Assembly: GCA_937911175.1 (NCBI GenBank)
Contig: CALDSE010000028.1
Span: forward strand, 16,930-80,929
Length of the DNA stretch: 64,000 bases
Reading direction: 5' to 3'
Source of the DNA: an uncultured Sediminibacterium sp.
Lineage (GTDB): Bacteria > Bacteroidota > Bacteroidia > Chitinophagales > Chitinophagaceae
The notes beneath the pieces are model-generated. The model saw only the letters and a list, made by a program, of their open reading frames with translations. It was not told the DNA's origin and searched no databases. Of the stretch, positions 35,175 to 44,512 are shown piece by piece. The translations under genes were made by a program, and so were the position numbers. The first letter of the stretch is position 1; every line of letters starts with the position of its first letter.

Positions 35175-36611
35175 CTAGTTTTTAGGTTTTAGGGGCTTGT
35201 CAAACATATCAAATTTATCTTGAATAGGATTGTCAGAAAGGGAAGCTGCTTGCAGTTTATTAGCCCTTGAAACTGGCCTAAGACTGCCAATGGCATTAGC
35301 TTTATAGGCTACGGGGCCGATGATATTGAGTGCTTTATTTAAATAAGTTTCATTAGGGTCGCCTAATAATTTATAAGGAAGTACATCGTCTGAAAGCGCA
35401 TAGTCTGGTAAAAATCCATTCACTGAACCATAATCGGATTGGTCAAGTGCATTTAATATTTTAAAAGTGATAGGCTGTAAACCATAGTTCCATCTTTTGG
35501 CATTATCGGTAATCGTAAAAGAACCTACATTTTTACCATAGGTATGTTCGCCAATTAAAATGACATTCATAAATGGTTTTAAATTATTAATGATAAGTTC
35601 ACTAGCTGAAGCAGTGCCAGTAGAAGTTAAGAAAAACACTCTATTTAAAGAACCAATATTATTGGCCTCCATTTTAAAATTGGTGACAAGGGCGGATGCG
35701 CCATATTGTTTTATGACTTCTTTCGTATAAGCATCGTTATACTGTTTTTTATTCATCACCTTATCTACTCTACTAGCTAAGTCCTTCACCATTAAATTGG
35801 TTAATAAATCTGAACTAGAAACATAGCCACCACCATTATAACGAAGGTCAATGACTAATTCGTTGACTCCTTTATTTTTAAACCTACCAAATACAGCCCT
35901 TAAACTATCATCGAAACTAGATAGGAATTGTAAGTAGGCAAAATAGCCCACTTTCTTACCTGCCCAGTTAATAACCGTGTCTTGTAAAATAGGATTCGTT
36001 TGTAATTCAACTTTTGTAACGGTTACCGTTTTACCTGTACTGCTAAATACTTTATTATCATAAGCGCCTAAACCTAACTTTAAAGTTTGATTTTGTAATG
36101 CCGTACTATAATTAGAGGAAGTGATGGTTTTGTCATCTACCGATAAAATGATATCTCCTCTTTTTAATCCATTTTTTTCAGCAGGACTTCCTTTTAATAC
36201 ATAGGCTATTACTAAGGCTACATTTGCTTTTGTATCGTCGGTATAAAAAGCACTTACCCTAATACCTAAAACGGTATTGATACCATTTAATTGGTTTATT
36301 AAATTGGCGGAACTACTATCTATCCAAGAAAAACGATCGGTGGTTTTATATTCATATAAAATACTATAAAAATAATCCATCGGATTACTACTGGTATTCG
36401 TTTTGGCTAAAGCCGGCATTTTATCAGGCCATAAATAATAGGCCGACATATTTTCATGAATCCAGGTATTAATATCGGCATTGGTAATTTTTGTTACAGT
36501 GGTATTATCTACTACAGGCGCTACTGGTGTTTCAGGAATGGTCGTAACCGTTTTGTTACAAGCCATTATGCCAATGATTGAAAACCCAATAAGTAATTTC
36601 TTTAGTTGCAT
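35175..36611 (-). CDS. S41 family peptidase with PDZ domain, lipoprotein
   Basis: Lipobox IMAC. Has a PDZ-like LKRGDIILSVDD block, and RYNGGGY plus TGTASASE blocks of the S41 catalytic domain. Confidence 0.75.
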   Translation of the reverse strand: MQLKKLLIGFSIIGIMACNKTVTTIPETPVAPVVDNTTVTKITNADINTWIHENMSAYYLWPDKMPALAKTNTSSNPMDYFYSILYEYKTTDRFSWIDSSSANLINQLNGINTVLGIRVSAFYTDDTKANVALVIAYVLKGSPAEKNGLKRGDIILSVDDKTITSSNYSTALQNQTLKLGLGAYDNKVFSSTGKTVTVTKVELQTNPILQDTVINWAGKKVGYFAYLQFLSSFDDSLRAVFGRFKNKGVNELVIDLRYNGGGYVSSSDLLTNLMVKDLASRVDKVMNKKQYNDAYTKEVIKQYGASALVTNFKMEANNIGSLNRVFFLTSTGTASASELIINNLKPFMNVILIGEHTYGKNVGSFTITDNAKRWNYGLQPITFKILNALDQSDYGSVNGFLPDYALSDDVLPYKLLGDPNETYLNKALNIIGPVAYKANAIGSLRPVSRANKLQAASLSDNPIQDKFDMFDKPLKPKN

Positions 36612-36671
36612 GCTATTATATTTAACTGCCTAAATTTAAGAAATTTATATGATTCTGGGCTTTAATTATCT

Positions 36672-36679
36672 TAATTTTG
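36672..36679 (+). promoter_or_regulatory. Bacteroidota -7 promoter box TAATTTTG
   Basis: Exact TAnnTTTG match 47 nt upstream of ATG 36727. An 8-bp hairpin (ACCTAGAA-GTGT-TTCTAGGT, 36684-36703) would lie at the 5' end of the transcript. Confidence 0.45.
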
Positions 36680-36726
36680 TGAGACCTAGAAGTGTTTCTA
36701 GGTGCATTACAGATACCGACCAATAA

Positions 36727-37617
36727 ATGAAAAAATTAATATATACTTTACTGCTTTTAAACTTCTTTTTTTTAGCGCAAGCTCAAAAATCGAATACGTA
36801 TACGAAGTCTGTTAACGATTGGCATAAAGCCCGAATAGCCGACTTAAAAACGCCCACTGGTTGGTTAAATTTAGAAGGCCTTTATTGGTTAGAGAAGGGA
36901 GCGAATAGTTTTGGCAAAAAAGAAGGTAGTGATTGTAGATACAATAATGCCGCATTTCCAGCTGAATTAGGCTCCTTTATTTATGAAGGCGATTCTGTAC
37001 TTTGGGTAAATCAAAAAAACTATACTATTAAAGTAAATGATCAATTAGTAGTTGGCCAGGTTCCTGTAAAAGTATTTTCTAAAGAAGAGCAAGCTATTAC
37101 TATGTCATGGTCGCATTTCACTTGGACTATTATAAAAAGAGAAGATAAAATTGGCGTTAGGTTTAGAAATTTAAAAGCAAAAACTTTAGTGAATTTTAAA
37201 GGCATTGAACGATTTCCTATTGACGCTAATTGGCGTGTAAAGGCCAGCATGGTGGCGCCTTCGCAAAACTTATTAATGATTACCAATATACTTGGTCAAA
37301 CTACTGCGCAAAAAACAGCAGGCAAATTAATATTTGTCATTCAAAATAAAGAGTATTCATTAGATGTAATTGATGAAGGAGGGCCTAAATTTTTTATTGT
37401 ATTTGCCGATGAAACCGCTGGTAAAACTACTTATGGCGCAGGTCGTTTTATTGAAATTGATAAACCCGATGCATTAGGTAATACAGAAATTGATTTCAAT
37501 ATTGCTTATAATCCGCCTTGCGCCTTTACAGAATTTGCTACCTGCCCCTTACCTCCGCCACAGAATAGATTAAAACTGTCCATCACAGCAGGTGAAAAAA
37601 ATTATGGTAATCACTAG
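36727..37617 (+). CDS. DUF1684 domain-containing protein, secreted
   Basis: Has a signal peptide. The C-terminal AYNPPCAFTEFATCPLPPPQNRL is characteristic of DUF1684. Confidence 0.75.
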   Translation: MKKLIYTLLLLNFFFLAQAQKSNTYTKSVNDWHKARIADLKTPTGWLNLEGLYWLEKGANSFGKKEGSDCRYNNAAFPAELGSFIYEGDSVLWVNQKNYTIKVNDQLVVGQVPVKVFSKEEQAITMSWSHFTWTIIKREDKIGVRFRNLKAKTLVNFKGIERFPIDANWRVKASMVAPSQNLLMITNILGQTTAQKTAGKLIFVIQNKEYSLDVIDEGGPKFFIVFADETAGKTTYGAGRFIEIDKPDALGNTEIDFNIAYNPPCAFTEFATCPLPPPQNRLKLSITAGEKNYGNH

Positions 37618-37641
37618 TGGGTCCTTTACCTTTGAAAATAG

Positions 37642-38913
37642 ATGACTCAAAATCAAACCATATCACCCACCATTGCCATAGTAGGCCTGGGTTATGTAGG
37701 CTTACCATTAGCGCTTGCTTTTGCTAAGCCGTATACTGTTATTGGTTTTGATATTAATGAAAAAAGAGTAAGTGATTTACAAAATAGTCATGACATTACT
37801 TTAGAATGTACAGAGGCCGAAATAAAAAATGCGAAACATTTAACTTTTACGAGTTCTCTTAGTGCTATTAAAGAGGCTACTATATTTATAGTAACAGTTC
37901 CTACACCAGTTGATGCAGATAAGCGCCCTAATTTACAACCATTAGTAGAAGCCACTGCCATGATAGGTTCGGTTTTAAAAAAAGGGGACTTAGTTATTTA
38001 TGAAAGCACAGTGTATCCTGGTTGCACCGAAGAAGACTGCGTTCCTGTTTTAGAAAAACAAAGTAGTTTAGTTTTTAATAAAGATTTTTATGTTGGTTAT
38101 TCTCCAGAGAGAATTAATCCGGGGGATAAAGTACATACACTTATTACTATTAAAAAATTAACTGCAGGCTCTACACCAGAGATAGCTGATAAGGTAGATG
38201 AATTATATGCAAGTATTATTACAGCAGGTACTTTTAAAGTGTCTAGTATAAAAGTGGCAGAGGCGGCTAAGTCAATTGAAAATGCACAACGCGATATAAA
38301 TATTTCTTTTGTCAATGAGTTAGCACTCATATTTGATAGAATGGGAATTGATACGCATGAGGTATTAGAAGCGGCTGCTACAAAATGGAATTTTTTACCC
38401 TTTAAGCCAGGCTTAGTGGGTGGGCATTGTATTGGAGTTGATCCTTATTATTTAGCACATAAGGCTACAAGCTTGGGTTATCATCCGCAGGTAATATTAT
38501 CGGGAAGAAATGTGAATGATCAAATGAGCCATTTTGTGACTGAAAAATTAATTCAATTATTAAGTGGTAATGGTATTACTGCTAAAGGCGCTAAGGCATT
38601 AATACTGGGAGTTAGTTTTAAAGAGAATTGCCCTGATATTAGAAATTCAAAAGCCTTTGAAATACATAGCCAGCTTAGCGCTGCGGGCATGGAGGTTGAT
38701 GCCTTTGACCCCTATGCCAACGCATTGGAAGTAAAAGAAAAACACAATGTTGAATTAGTGAATGCACTTCGAAAATATGATGCGATTGTGCTAGTGGTAG
38801 CCCACGATTTTTTCAAGTCATTAGATTATACAAGTCTGAAGCGTTCTAATAAAACTGTCATTTACGATACCAAGGCCTTCTTAGATAGAAGCATTGTTAC
38901 AGCAAGATTATAA
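37642..38913 (+). CDS. nucleotide-sugar dehydrogenase (UDP-N-acetyl-hexosamine dehydrogenase, TviB/WecC-like)
   Basis: Rossmann IAIVGLGYVGLPLALAFA. Catalytic cysteine context GLVGGHCIGVDPYYL. Starts 24 nt after the DUF1684 gene. Confidence 0.85.
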   Translation: MTQNQTISPTIAIVGLGYVGLPLALAFAKPYTVIGFDINEKRVSDLQNSHDITLECTEAEIKNAKHLTFTSSLSAIKEATIFIVTVPTPVDADKRPNLQPLVEATAMIGSVLKKGDLVIYESTVYPGCTEEDCVPVLEKQSSLVFNKDFYVGYSPERINPGDKVHTLITIKKLTAGSTPEIADKVDELYASIITAGTFKVSSIKVAEAAKSIENAQRDINISFVNELALIFDRMGIDTHEVLEAAATKWNFLPFKPGLVGGHCIGVDPYYLAHKATSLGYHPQVILSGRNVNDQMSHFVTEKLIQLLSGNGITAKGAKALILGVSFKENCPDIRNSKAFEIHSQLSAAGMEVDAFDPYANALEVKEKHNVELVNALRKYDAIVLVVAHDFFKSLDYTSLKRSNKTVIYDTKAFLDRSIVTARL

Positions 38914-38978
38914 TACTTACTCTTGATTACTATTTATTTAAAAAATAACTACCTCACTATTGAAGATGTACTATTACC

Positions 38979-41054
38979 CTACTGAGGATGATAAGTACGC
39001 TTCGCATTTTTGAGCACTTCAGTTTTATCTAAAGTCATTTTTTTCACTTGCTGCGCTTGATACATAGCACGTTGGTCGGCATAATGTGCATCCCCTTTAT
39101 TAGAACTTGCTCCAAAAGTATTCACCGATTCAATAAGTGGGAGGCCTCCGTCTTTAGGAAAACGAACAAATTCAATATAGGCATCACCGCTATTCATTTT
39201 TCTTTGACCTGCACCATAGGGTTGAGTTTGCACTGCTGCAAGCACATCGGGCATTCCACCTTGTGGCCAGCTCTCATCGCCTCTTACAAGTCTTTGCATT
39301 TCACCTAAGCTTACATCCAGTCTATTATAATTTTTCATTAAAAAATCATAAATATATTGATAGGTAGCAACGGCTTCTTGCGTGGTTAGTTTATCATCTT
39401 TTCTTCCCTCCATTAATTTAGGAATTTCATAATAAGCTAAATTATAAATAAGTGCCCCATTACTTTCAGGATTGGTATTGTGGTCCCAAGTTTTTAAGGC
39501 TTTAATAAGTGGAGACAGTGTTGGATATTTATTTTCATCTATTAAAAACATAGTATCTGCGGTAAAGCCATAAGGGAATAAAATAGTAGAAGGCAATTGA
39601 CGATCAAATTTGATACGCTTTAAATCGGCGTAGGAAATTTTTTCTAGTGGGTCTATTAAATCCTTGGCACGGCGGCTTCTATTGTCATGGTATAATTCAT
39701 AACCATCTTTAGGATCAAAATTTTTAGGATCTAAATTTTCATTCTCTACAGTGGCTAAAAAAGGTGAATGGTTCATGTTAATTAAATACCCACTTTTAGG
39801 ATTGGTATATTGAGGAAACTCGTTTAAAGGTTTAAACTTTGTCCATAGCGTTGCCCTTGTATTGCCCGGCACCGTTGAATTCCAGTGGTAGCTGGTATCT
39901 GCATTACGATAGGGCATTTTTCCACTAGAGATATAAAATATAGTATCGCGTTTATCGGCATACATAATATTAAACATAGCTAAATGGTTCTGCGCCACCG
40001 CTGTTTTGAATTCAGTAAAATTCGTAGCCCTATTCATTGCATACCATTGTTGCAAAGCACCTGCATCCATAAGGGCAGGTAAACGCATCGAAAAATATTT
40101 TCCTTCTGGGGTTTTAGCGGTTGGCCCGTATATAGAAGTATAAGCCATTTTAGAAATAGGGAAAGGAATGCCTTTAATACTTAATTTAATTTTTCTTTTT
40201 TCAAGCGCAAGCCACTCTCCATCTACTTTGTATTGTCCTTTATGTGCTTTATCGGTTTCTAATTGGTAGATATCTATTTTATCTTGCAAGTTAACAGTAT
40301 GTGCCCATGCTAAATTAGGAGTGGTACCATGAAAAATTAAGGGACCGCCTGGAAATAAACCTCCTAAAATATTCCAGCCTTCTTCACTTTGTAAATGTGC
40401 TTCATAAAAAGCAGTAGCGCCTTCAATAGGTTGATGCGCGTTAATCACCAACATATTTTCACCCGTTGTAGATTTACTTGAATGCACTGCAATCGTATTA
40501 GAACCTTCTCCAGTCATACCTTTTAAATGTGCAATAGAGCCATTGAGTATTTTAGGTAAGGTTCTATCCACTCCACAAAAAACAGCCACTGAAAAAACAG
40601 TAGTCGCTAAATAGTCTTCAATCGTAATGGGAAATACATTTTTATTTAAAACTTTATCGGGATGCGCTTTAGCAAAAGCCTCTAAGCCTGCTAAATAACC
40701 TTTTACTAGTAAAATTAATTTAGGGTCTAGGCTATTTATTTGAGTAAGTACAGTGGCCTTTGTATTTAATAAACCAAATACATAATCAACGGGTGCGCCT
40801 TTTTTACCTAAATAAGTAGCTAGCTTTCCTTTGCCTGTTAATATGAGTGTTTGAATGGTGGTAAAATCGTCTTCGGCATGAGCCCATGCTAGGCCATAGG
40901 CCACTTCAGGGTCGGTGGGTGCAAAAATATGTGGCACTCCATAAGCATCTCTTGCAATGGTAATTTTATCTGTACGAATAAGGGGCTCAGTACTTGATTG
41001 AGCAATTGCGAATTGTTGTAATAAGATACAAAGAGAGAATAATAGAATACGCAT
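38979..41054 (-). CDS. penicillin/AHL acylase family Ntn-hydrolase (paralogue 2)
   Basis: Has a signal peptide and the YGVPHIFA block. The nucleophile site is GEG-SNTIAVHS. 691 aa. Confidence 0.8.
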   Translation of the reverse strand: MRILLFSLCILLQQFAIAQSSTEPLIRTDKITIARDAYGVPHIFAPTDPEVAYGLAWAHAEDDFTTIQTLILTGKGKLATYLGKKGAPVDYVFGLLNTKATVLTQINSLDPKLILLVKGYLAGLEAFAKAHPDKVLNKNVFPITIEDYLATTVFSVAVFCGVDRTLPKILNGSIAHLKGMTGEGSNTIAVHSSKSTTGENMLVINAHQPIEGATAFYEAHLQSEEGWNILGGLFPGGPLIFHGTTPNLAWAHTVNLQDKIDIYQLETDKAHKGQYKVDGEWLALEKRKIKLSIKGIPFPISKMAYTSIYGPTAKTPEGKYFSMRLPALMDAGALQQWYAMNRATNFTEFKTAVAQNHLAMFNIMYADKRDTIFYISSGKMPYRNADTSYHWNSTVPGNTRATLWTKFKPLNEFPQYTNPKSGYLINMNHSPFLATVENENLDPKNFDPKDGYELYHDNRSRRAKDLIDPLEKISYADLKRIKFDRQLPSTILFPYGFTADTMFLIDENKYPTLSPLIKALKTWDHNTNPESNGALIYNLAYYEIPKLMEGRKDDKLTTQEAVATYQYIYDFLMKNYNRLDVSLGEMQRLVRGDESWPQGGMPDVLAAVQTQPYGAGQRKMNSGDAYIEFVRFPKDGGLPLIESVNTFGASSNKGDAHYADQRAMYQAQQVKKMTLDKTEVLKNAKRTYHPQ

Positions 41055-41146
41055 GAAAGAGATATTTAGGCTTAATTATAATTTCAACGGTGTAATTTAT
41101 AGAAACTATCTAAATTTGCAATAGTTAATAATTAAAATAGATAACA

Positions 41147-41488
41147 ATGATTGAGTCTAAAAGGTTTGGTTCTAAGAAAGCACTAATTGATATAGATGAA
41201 ACTATCTGCTTTTATACAGATAAAAGAGTATATGAGTTGGCTGAGCCTAATTTTGAAAATGTAGCTAAGATTAATAAACTATACGATGAAGGCTGGCATA
41301 TTACTTATTGGACAGGAAGGGGAGAAAGCTCAAAGCGCGATTTAAGAGGCCTTACTTTAGAACAGCTCAATAAATGGGGCTGTAAGTTTCATGATTTAAT
41401 TACAGGCTACGACCCTAATGGAGGACCTACAAAACCCAACTTCGATTTAGTGATTGATGACAAGGCTAAGAGGATAGAGGAGCTTTAA
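41147..41488 (+). CDS. small HAD-superfamily phosphatase-like protein (hypothetical)
   Basis: HAD motif I LIDIDETI (DxDxT), a TGR motif II candidate, and the terminal acidic motif LVIDDKA. Only 113 aa. Confidence 0.5.
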   Translation: MIESKRFGSKKALIDIDETICFYTDKRVYELAEPNFENVAKINKLYDEGWHITYWTGRGESSKRDLRGLTLEQLNKWGCKFHDLITGYDPNGGPTKPNFDLVIDDKAKRIEEL

Positions 41489-42185
41489 GCGCTTGTTTAT
41501 TTTTTTTAGCGAAGGGCAGGTATAAAATCCAGAAATGAATGAAGACTACTAGTTCTAATACTAAAATATAATATGGCCATTCTCCTATTACTAAAGGATT
41601 ACTAACTTCTGGTTTGGCCGATAAGTACATATAATTTGCACCCACTGTATAATTAACAATTGCCACACCAATAGCTACTAATTGTGTATAGCCTAATACC
41701 CATAACCAAGATTTTGGTCGGGGTACAAATTTCAAATGAACAATCATATAAGTTATTACTAATAGCATACCGCCATGGTCTATAAAGTAGGCGTAAAAAT
41801 TATAACCTTCCATGCCTACGGTGAATTCGGGAGTGAGTAAAGATTGTATACCGCCGGCTAAACCCCAGTAGTAGAGGCATTCAGCCAACCACTGCCTATA
41901 ATTAATGAGTGTAATTATACATAAGAAATAACTAATACTACATAAATGAGCAGGCAGGTTTTGTTGCAAGTTCCAATAACCTGTTGAATAAACGTAATAA
42001 TTTTCTACAATATAATTGATGCCAAAAAATAAAGCAATAAAATTAGCGTAAGTTTTAGGATCAATTTTTTTAAAATGTAAGGGGGCTCTTACTACAATAG
42101 TAATAACGAGTATGACCATTATAATACATTGCCACCAAAAAAGGGAGAAAGGTTCAATAAAAGCAGGTGGATGAAATTTTCCCAT
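41466..42185 (-). CDS. TIGR02206 (YwaF-like) family integral membrane protein
   Basis: Polytopic membrane protein. The start MGKFHPPAFIEPFSLFWW at 42185 avoids overlap with the upstream gene, which ends at 42202. The ORF track start at 42257 is probably too long. Confidence 0.6.
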   Translation of the reverse strand: MGKFHPPAFIEPFSLFWWQCIIMVILVITIVVRAPLHFKKIDPKTYANFIALFFGINYIVENYYVYSTGYWNLQQNLPAHLCSISYFLCIITLINYRQWLAECLYYWGLAGGIQSLLTPEFTVGMEGYNFYAYFIDHGGMLLVITYMIVHLKFVPRPKSWLWVLGYTQLVAIGVAIVNYTVGANYMYLSAKPEVSNPLVIGEWPYYILVLELVVFIHFWILYLPFAKKNKQALKAPLSS

Positions 42186-42201
42186 TACTATAATTGTATA
42201 A

Positions 42202-42963
42202 TTATAAGTTGCGAATCCAAATATTTCTATAACTAATTGGATTACCATCGTCTCCATGATCTTGTAACATTAATGGTAATTTAGCAGCATGCTTTTTATA
42301 AACTGGTTTCCTTACCCAGTCGGTAGTTCCTAAAATAGTTACATTATTTTGTATAAGCACACCATTATGAATAACAGTTACACGCGCAGGGCTTTCTAGA
42401 TCACCATTCTCTTTAAACAAAGGCGCTGTAAAAATTATATCATAAGACTGCCATTCACCAGGTTTGCGACTTGCATTCACTAAAGGAACATGTTGCTTAT
42501 ACACTGCTCCTGCTTGCCCGTTTGAATAAGTAGGATTATTATAAGAATCTAAAACTTGAATTTCATATTTACCCATAATATACACACCACTATTGCCTCT
42601 TCCTTGCCCACTGCTTTTTACTTCAGCGGGTTCTCTAAATTCAATATGTAATTGGCAGTTTCCAAAAGCTTCTTTTGTAATTAAATCGCCAGCGCCTTTA
42701 ATATCGGTAACTGCCCCATCTGCATCAATTCTCCAACCAGCAGGACTACCATCTTTTTTTTGAAAAGCCCCTAGGCCATTTCCATTGTATAAAATAGTGG
42801 CATCGGAAGGAGCGTCAGCATTAGTTATACCTGGTGTTACTAGAGGAACATTCACCCATACTTCTAATAAGCCAGCAAGGCTATCTATATTTAATTTCTT
42901 TTGTGCTGATGCAAATTGGGTGTATGCCAATAAGCAGGCTAGTACAAGTAATTGTTTTTTCAT
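42202..42963 (-). CDS. DUF1080 (3-keto-disaccharide hydrolase-like, concanavalin fold) protein, secreted
   Basis: Has a signal peptide and the GNSGVYIMGKYEIQVLDS and PISYRNIWIRNL motifs typical of DUF1080. Confidence 0.8.
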   Translation of the reverse strand: MKKQLLVLACLLAYTQFASAQKKLNIDSLAGLLEVWVNVPLVTPGITNADAPSDATILYNGNGLGAFQKKDGSPAGWRIDADGAVTDIKGAGDLITKEAFGNCQLHIEFREPAEVKSSGQGRGNSGVYIMGKYEIQVLDSYNNPTYSNGQAGAVYKQHVPLVNASRKPGEWQSYDIIFTAPLFKENGDLESPARVTVIHNGVLIQNNVTILGTTDWVRKPVYKKHAAKLPLMLQDHGDDGNPISYRNIWIRNL

Positions 42964-43033
42964 ATACTGGTTTTAAAGTAAGCAATCGTTACTATGAATA
43001 TAATAAAAAAAACTATGCGATACTAGGCTACTA

Positions 43034-44512
43034 CTAAATTTTATTGCCTGTAGTTCCTTTAATAAGGCCGCGACAATTAGCAGCACCACAATTACAGTTA
43101 AAAGGTTCCATGGTTTCATCTAAAAAGCTACCATAATCCAAGGTAAGCTCTTCTCCTTTTTGAACTGCTTTATTAATAACTACATTTAAACCAATATAAG
43201 TACAGTTGGCATCGCAGTGATGGTTTTGAGGAGACCATTCTTCGGGCTGCAAGTCCCATAATATATATACATCCTTACTAATTGGATAGGCGTATCTTCT
43301 GAAATTTAATTTTTCTCTTTCGTCCCAATTTTCATCTACAAATTTTTTGGTGACTATACGTTGTGCTTTTTCTTCCCCTTGAAATAAAATAGTGCCTTTT
43401 GGTAAATCCCATTTCGCATATATACCATAACCAGAAATGGCATTGCCTTTAATTTTATATACTTTTTCTTTTCTTCTATAACGCGCCATGCCTTCAATAA
43501 TAATTCTTTCTAAGAACCCACGCTGGCCTGCCCCATCGTGTAGTAAAATATAATCTGCAGAACCTTCATAGCCTTGGGCATAAAACACAGAACAAGTAAA
43601 ATTTATTTCAAGAAAAAATAGTTCTCCTTTATCATTCATTCTAAAATCCATTCTTCCATAACCTACTCCATTGAAAGACATAAAAACTTGCTCGGCAATA
43701 TTTTTTAATCTATTAGCTAAACTAGGATCGGTTACTGGAATATTAGCAGTAGGATGCAGTTCAGAAGTTTTTAAAGCGTAAGTTTTAAAACTAAAACCTT
43801 CAGGGAAAATATATTCAACGGGTACAAAGCTGGTACAAGTTTTACCATCTGCATTAGCAGAAACTAATACCGTGAATTCACGGCCATCAATATACTCTTC
43901 CACCAAGGCAGCACCAAATTCTGCTAGAATGCTTTTTACCTTGGTTACTAAATCGCTAGTATTATTAGCCTTGGAAGCATTGTCTACCCCTAGGCTATCA
44001 CCCGCCTTGGCAGGTTTTACAAATAAAGGAAATTGTAAATTACCTGGAAGCTGGGCTATATCGGCTTCTGACTCTATATGAATATGGGCTGGTGTTTTGA
44101 CATCTTCGCAGAAGGCCAAATACTTCATAATAGTTTTAGGGGGGTCGTATAAATTGGCGCTAGGTCCTGTATAGGGTAGTCCCAATAAATCCAAACTCAT
44201 AATCACATCTATAGAAGGTACTTTCCATTCTAAATAACCTTCACATAAATTAATATAGATATCGTAATTTTTTTCTTTGAGTTCTTTTAATTGTTGATAG
44301 GTCGTAAGCTTATTTAAAAAAACATGATCTATATGCGCTTCAGGCATAATGGAAGAAAGATCTCTTTTAGGATCGTAGTATTGATAATCGACTTCTGAAG
44401 TAGAGTAGTCTGGCTGTAGTACACAAATTTTTAAATCTTTGAAACTGTCAGCATTATGAATAGTGGGAAGGGGGCGCATAAAATTATTTTTTTCTTCTAG
44501 CGAATGCGTCAT
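43034..44512 (-). CDS. Ddl-like ATP-grasp ligase fused to C-terminal SET + post-SET methyltransferase domain
   Basis: ATP-grasp blocks LFVKPAKAGDSLGV, EEYIDGREFTV and YGRMDFRMNDKGELFFLEINF. From about residue 351 it carries SET blocks GYGIYA, NHHCDANC and EELTLDYG, plus post-SET CNCGAANCRG. An alternative start at 44479 (MRPLPT...) would remove the 29-nt overlap with the upstream gene. Confidence 0.75.
   Translation of the reverse strand: MTHSLEEKNNFMRPLPTIHNADSFKDLKICVLQPDYSTSEVDYQYYDPKRDLSSIMPEAHIDHVFLNKLTTYQQLKELKEKNYDIYINLCEGYLEWKVPSIDVIMSLDLLGLPYTGPSANLYDPPKTIMKYLAFCEDVKTPAHIHIESEADIAQLPGNLQFPLFVKPAKAGDSLGVDNASKANNTSDLVTKVKSILAEFGAALVEEYIDGREFTVLVSANADGKTCTSFVPVEYIFPEGFSFKTYALKTSELHPTANIPVTDPSLANRLKNIAEQVFMSFNGVGYGRMDFRMNDKGELFFLEINFTCSVFYAQGYEGSADYILLHDGAGQRGFLERIIIEGMARYRRKEKVYKIKGNAISGYGIYAKWDLPKGTILFQGEEKAQRIVTKKFVDENWDEREKLNFRRYAYPISKDVYILWDLQPEEWSPQNHHCDANCTYIGLNVVINKAVQKGEELTLDYGSFLDETMEPFNCNCGAANCRGLIKGTTGNKI

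Noticed and set aside
42785-43037. Two small plus-strand ORFs (63 and 67 aa) near the DUF1080 gene start
   Set aside because: They are antisense to, or overlap, the DUF1080 signal-peptide region and the AT-rich intergenic spacer. There is no supporting signal.
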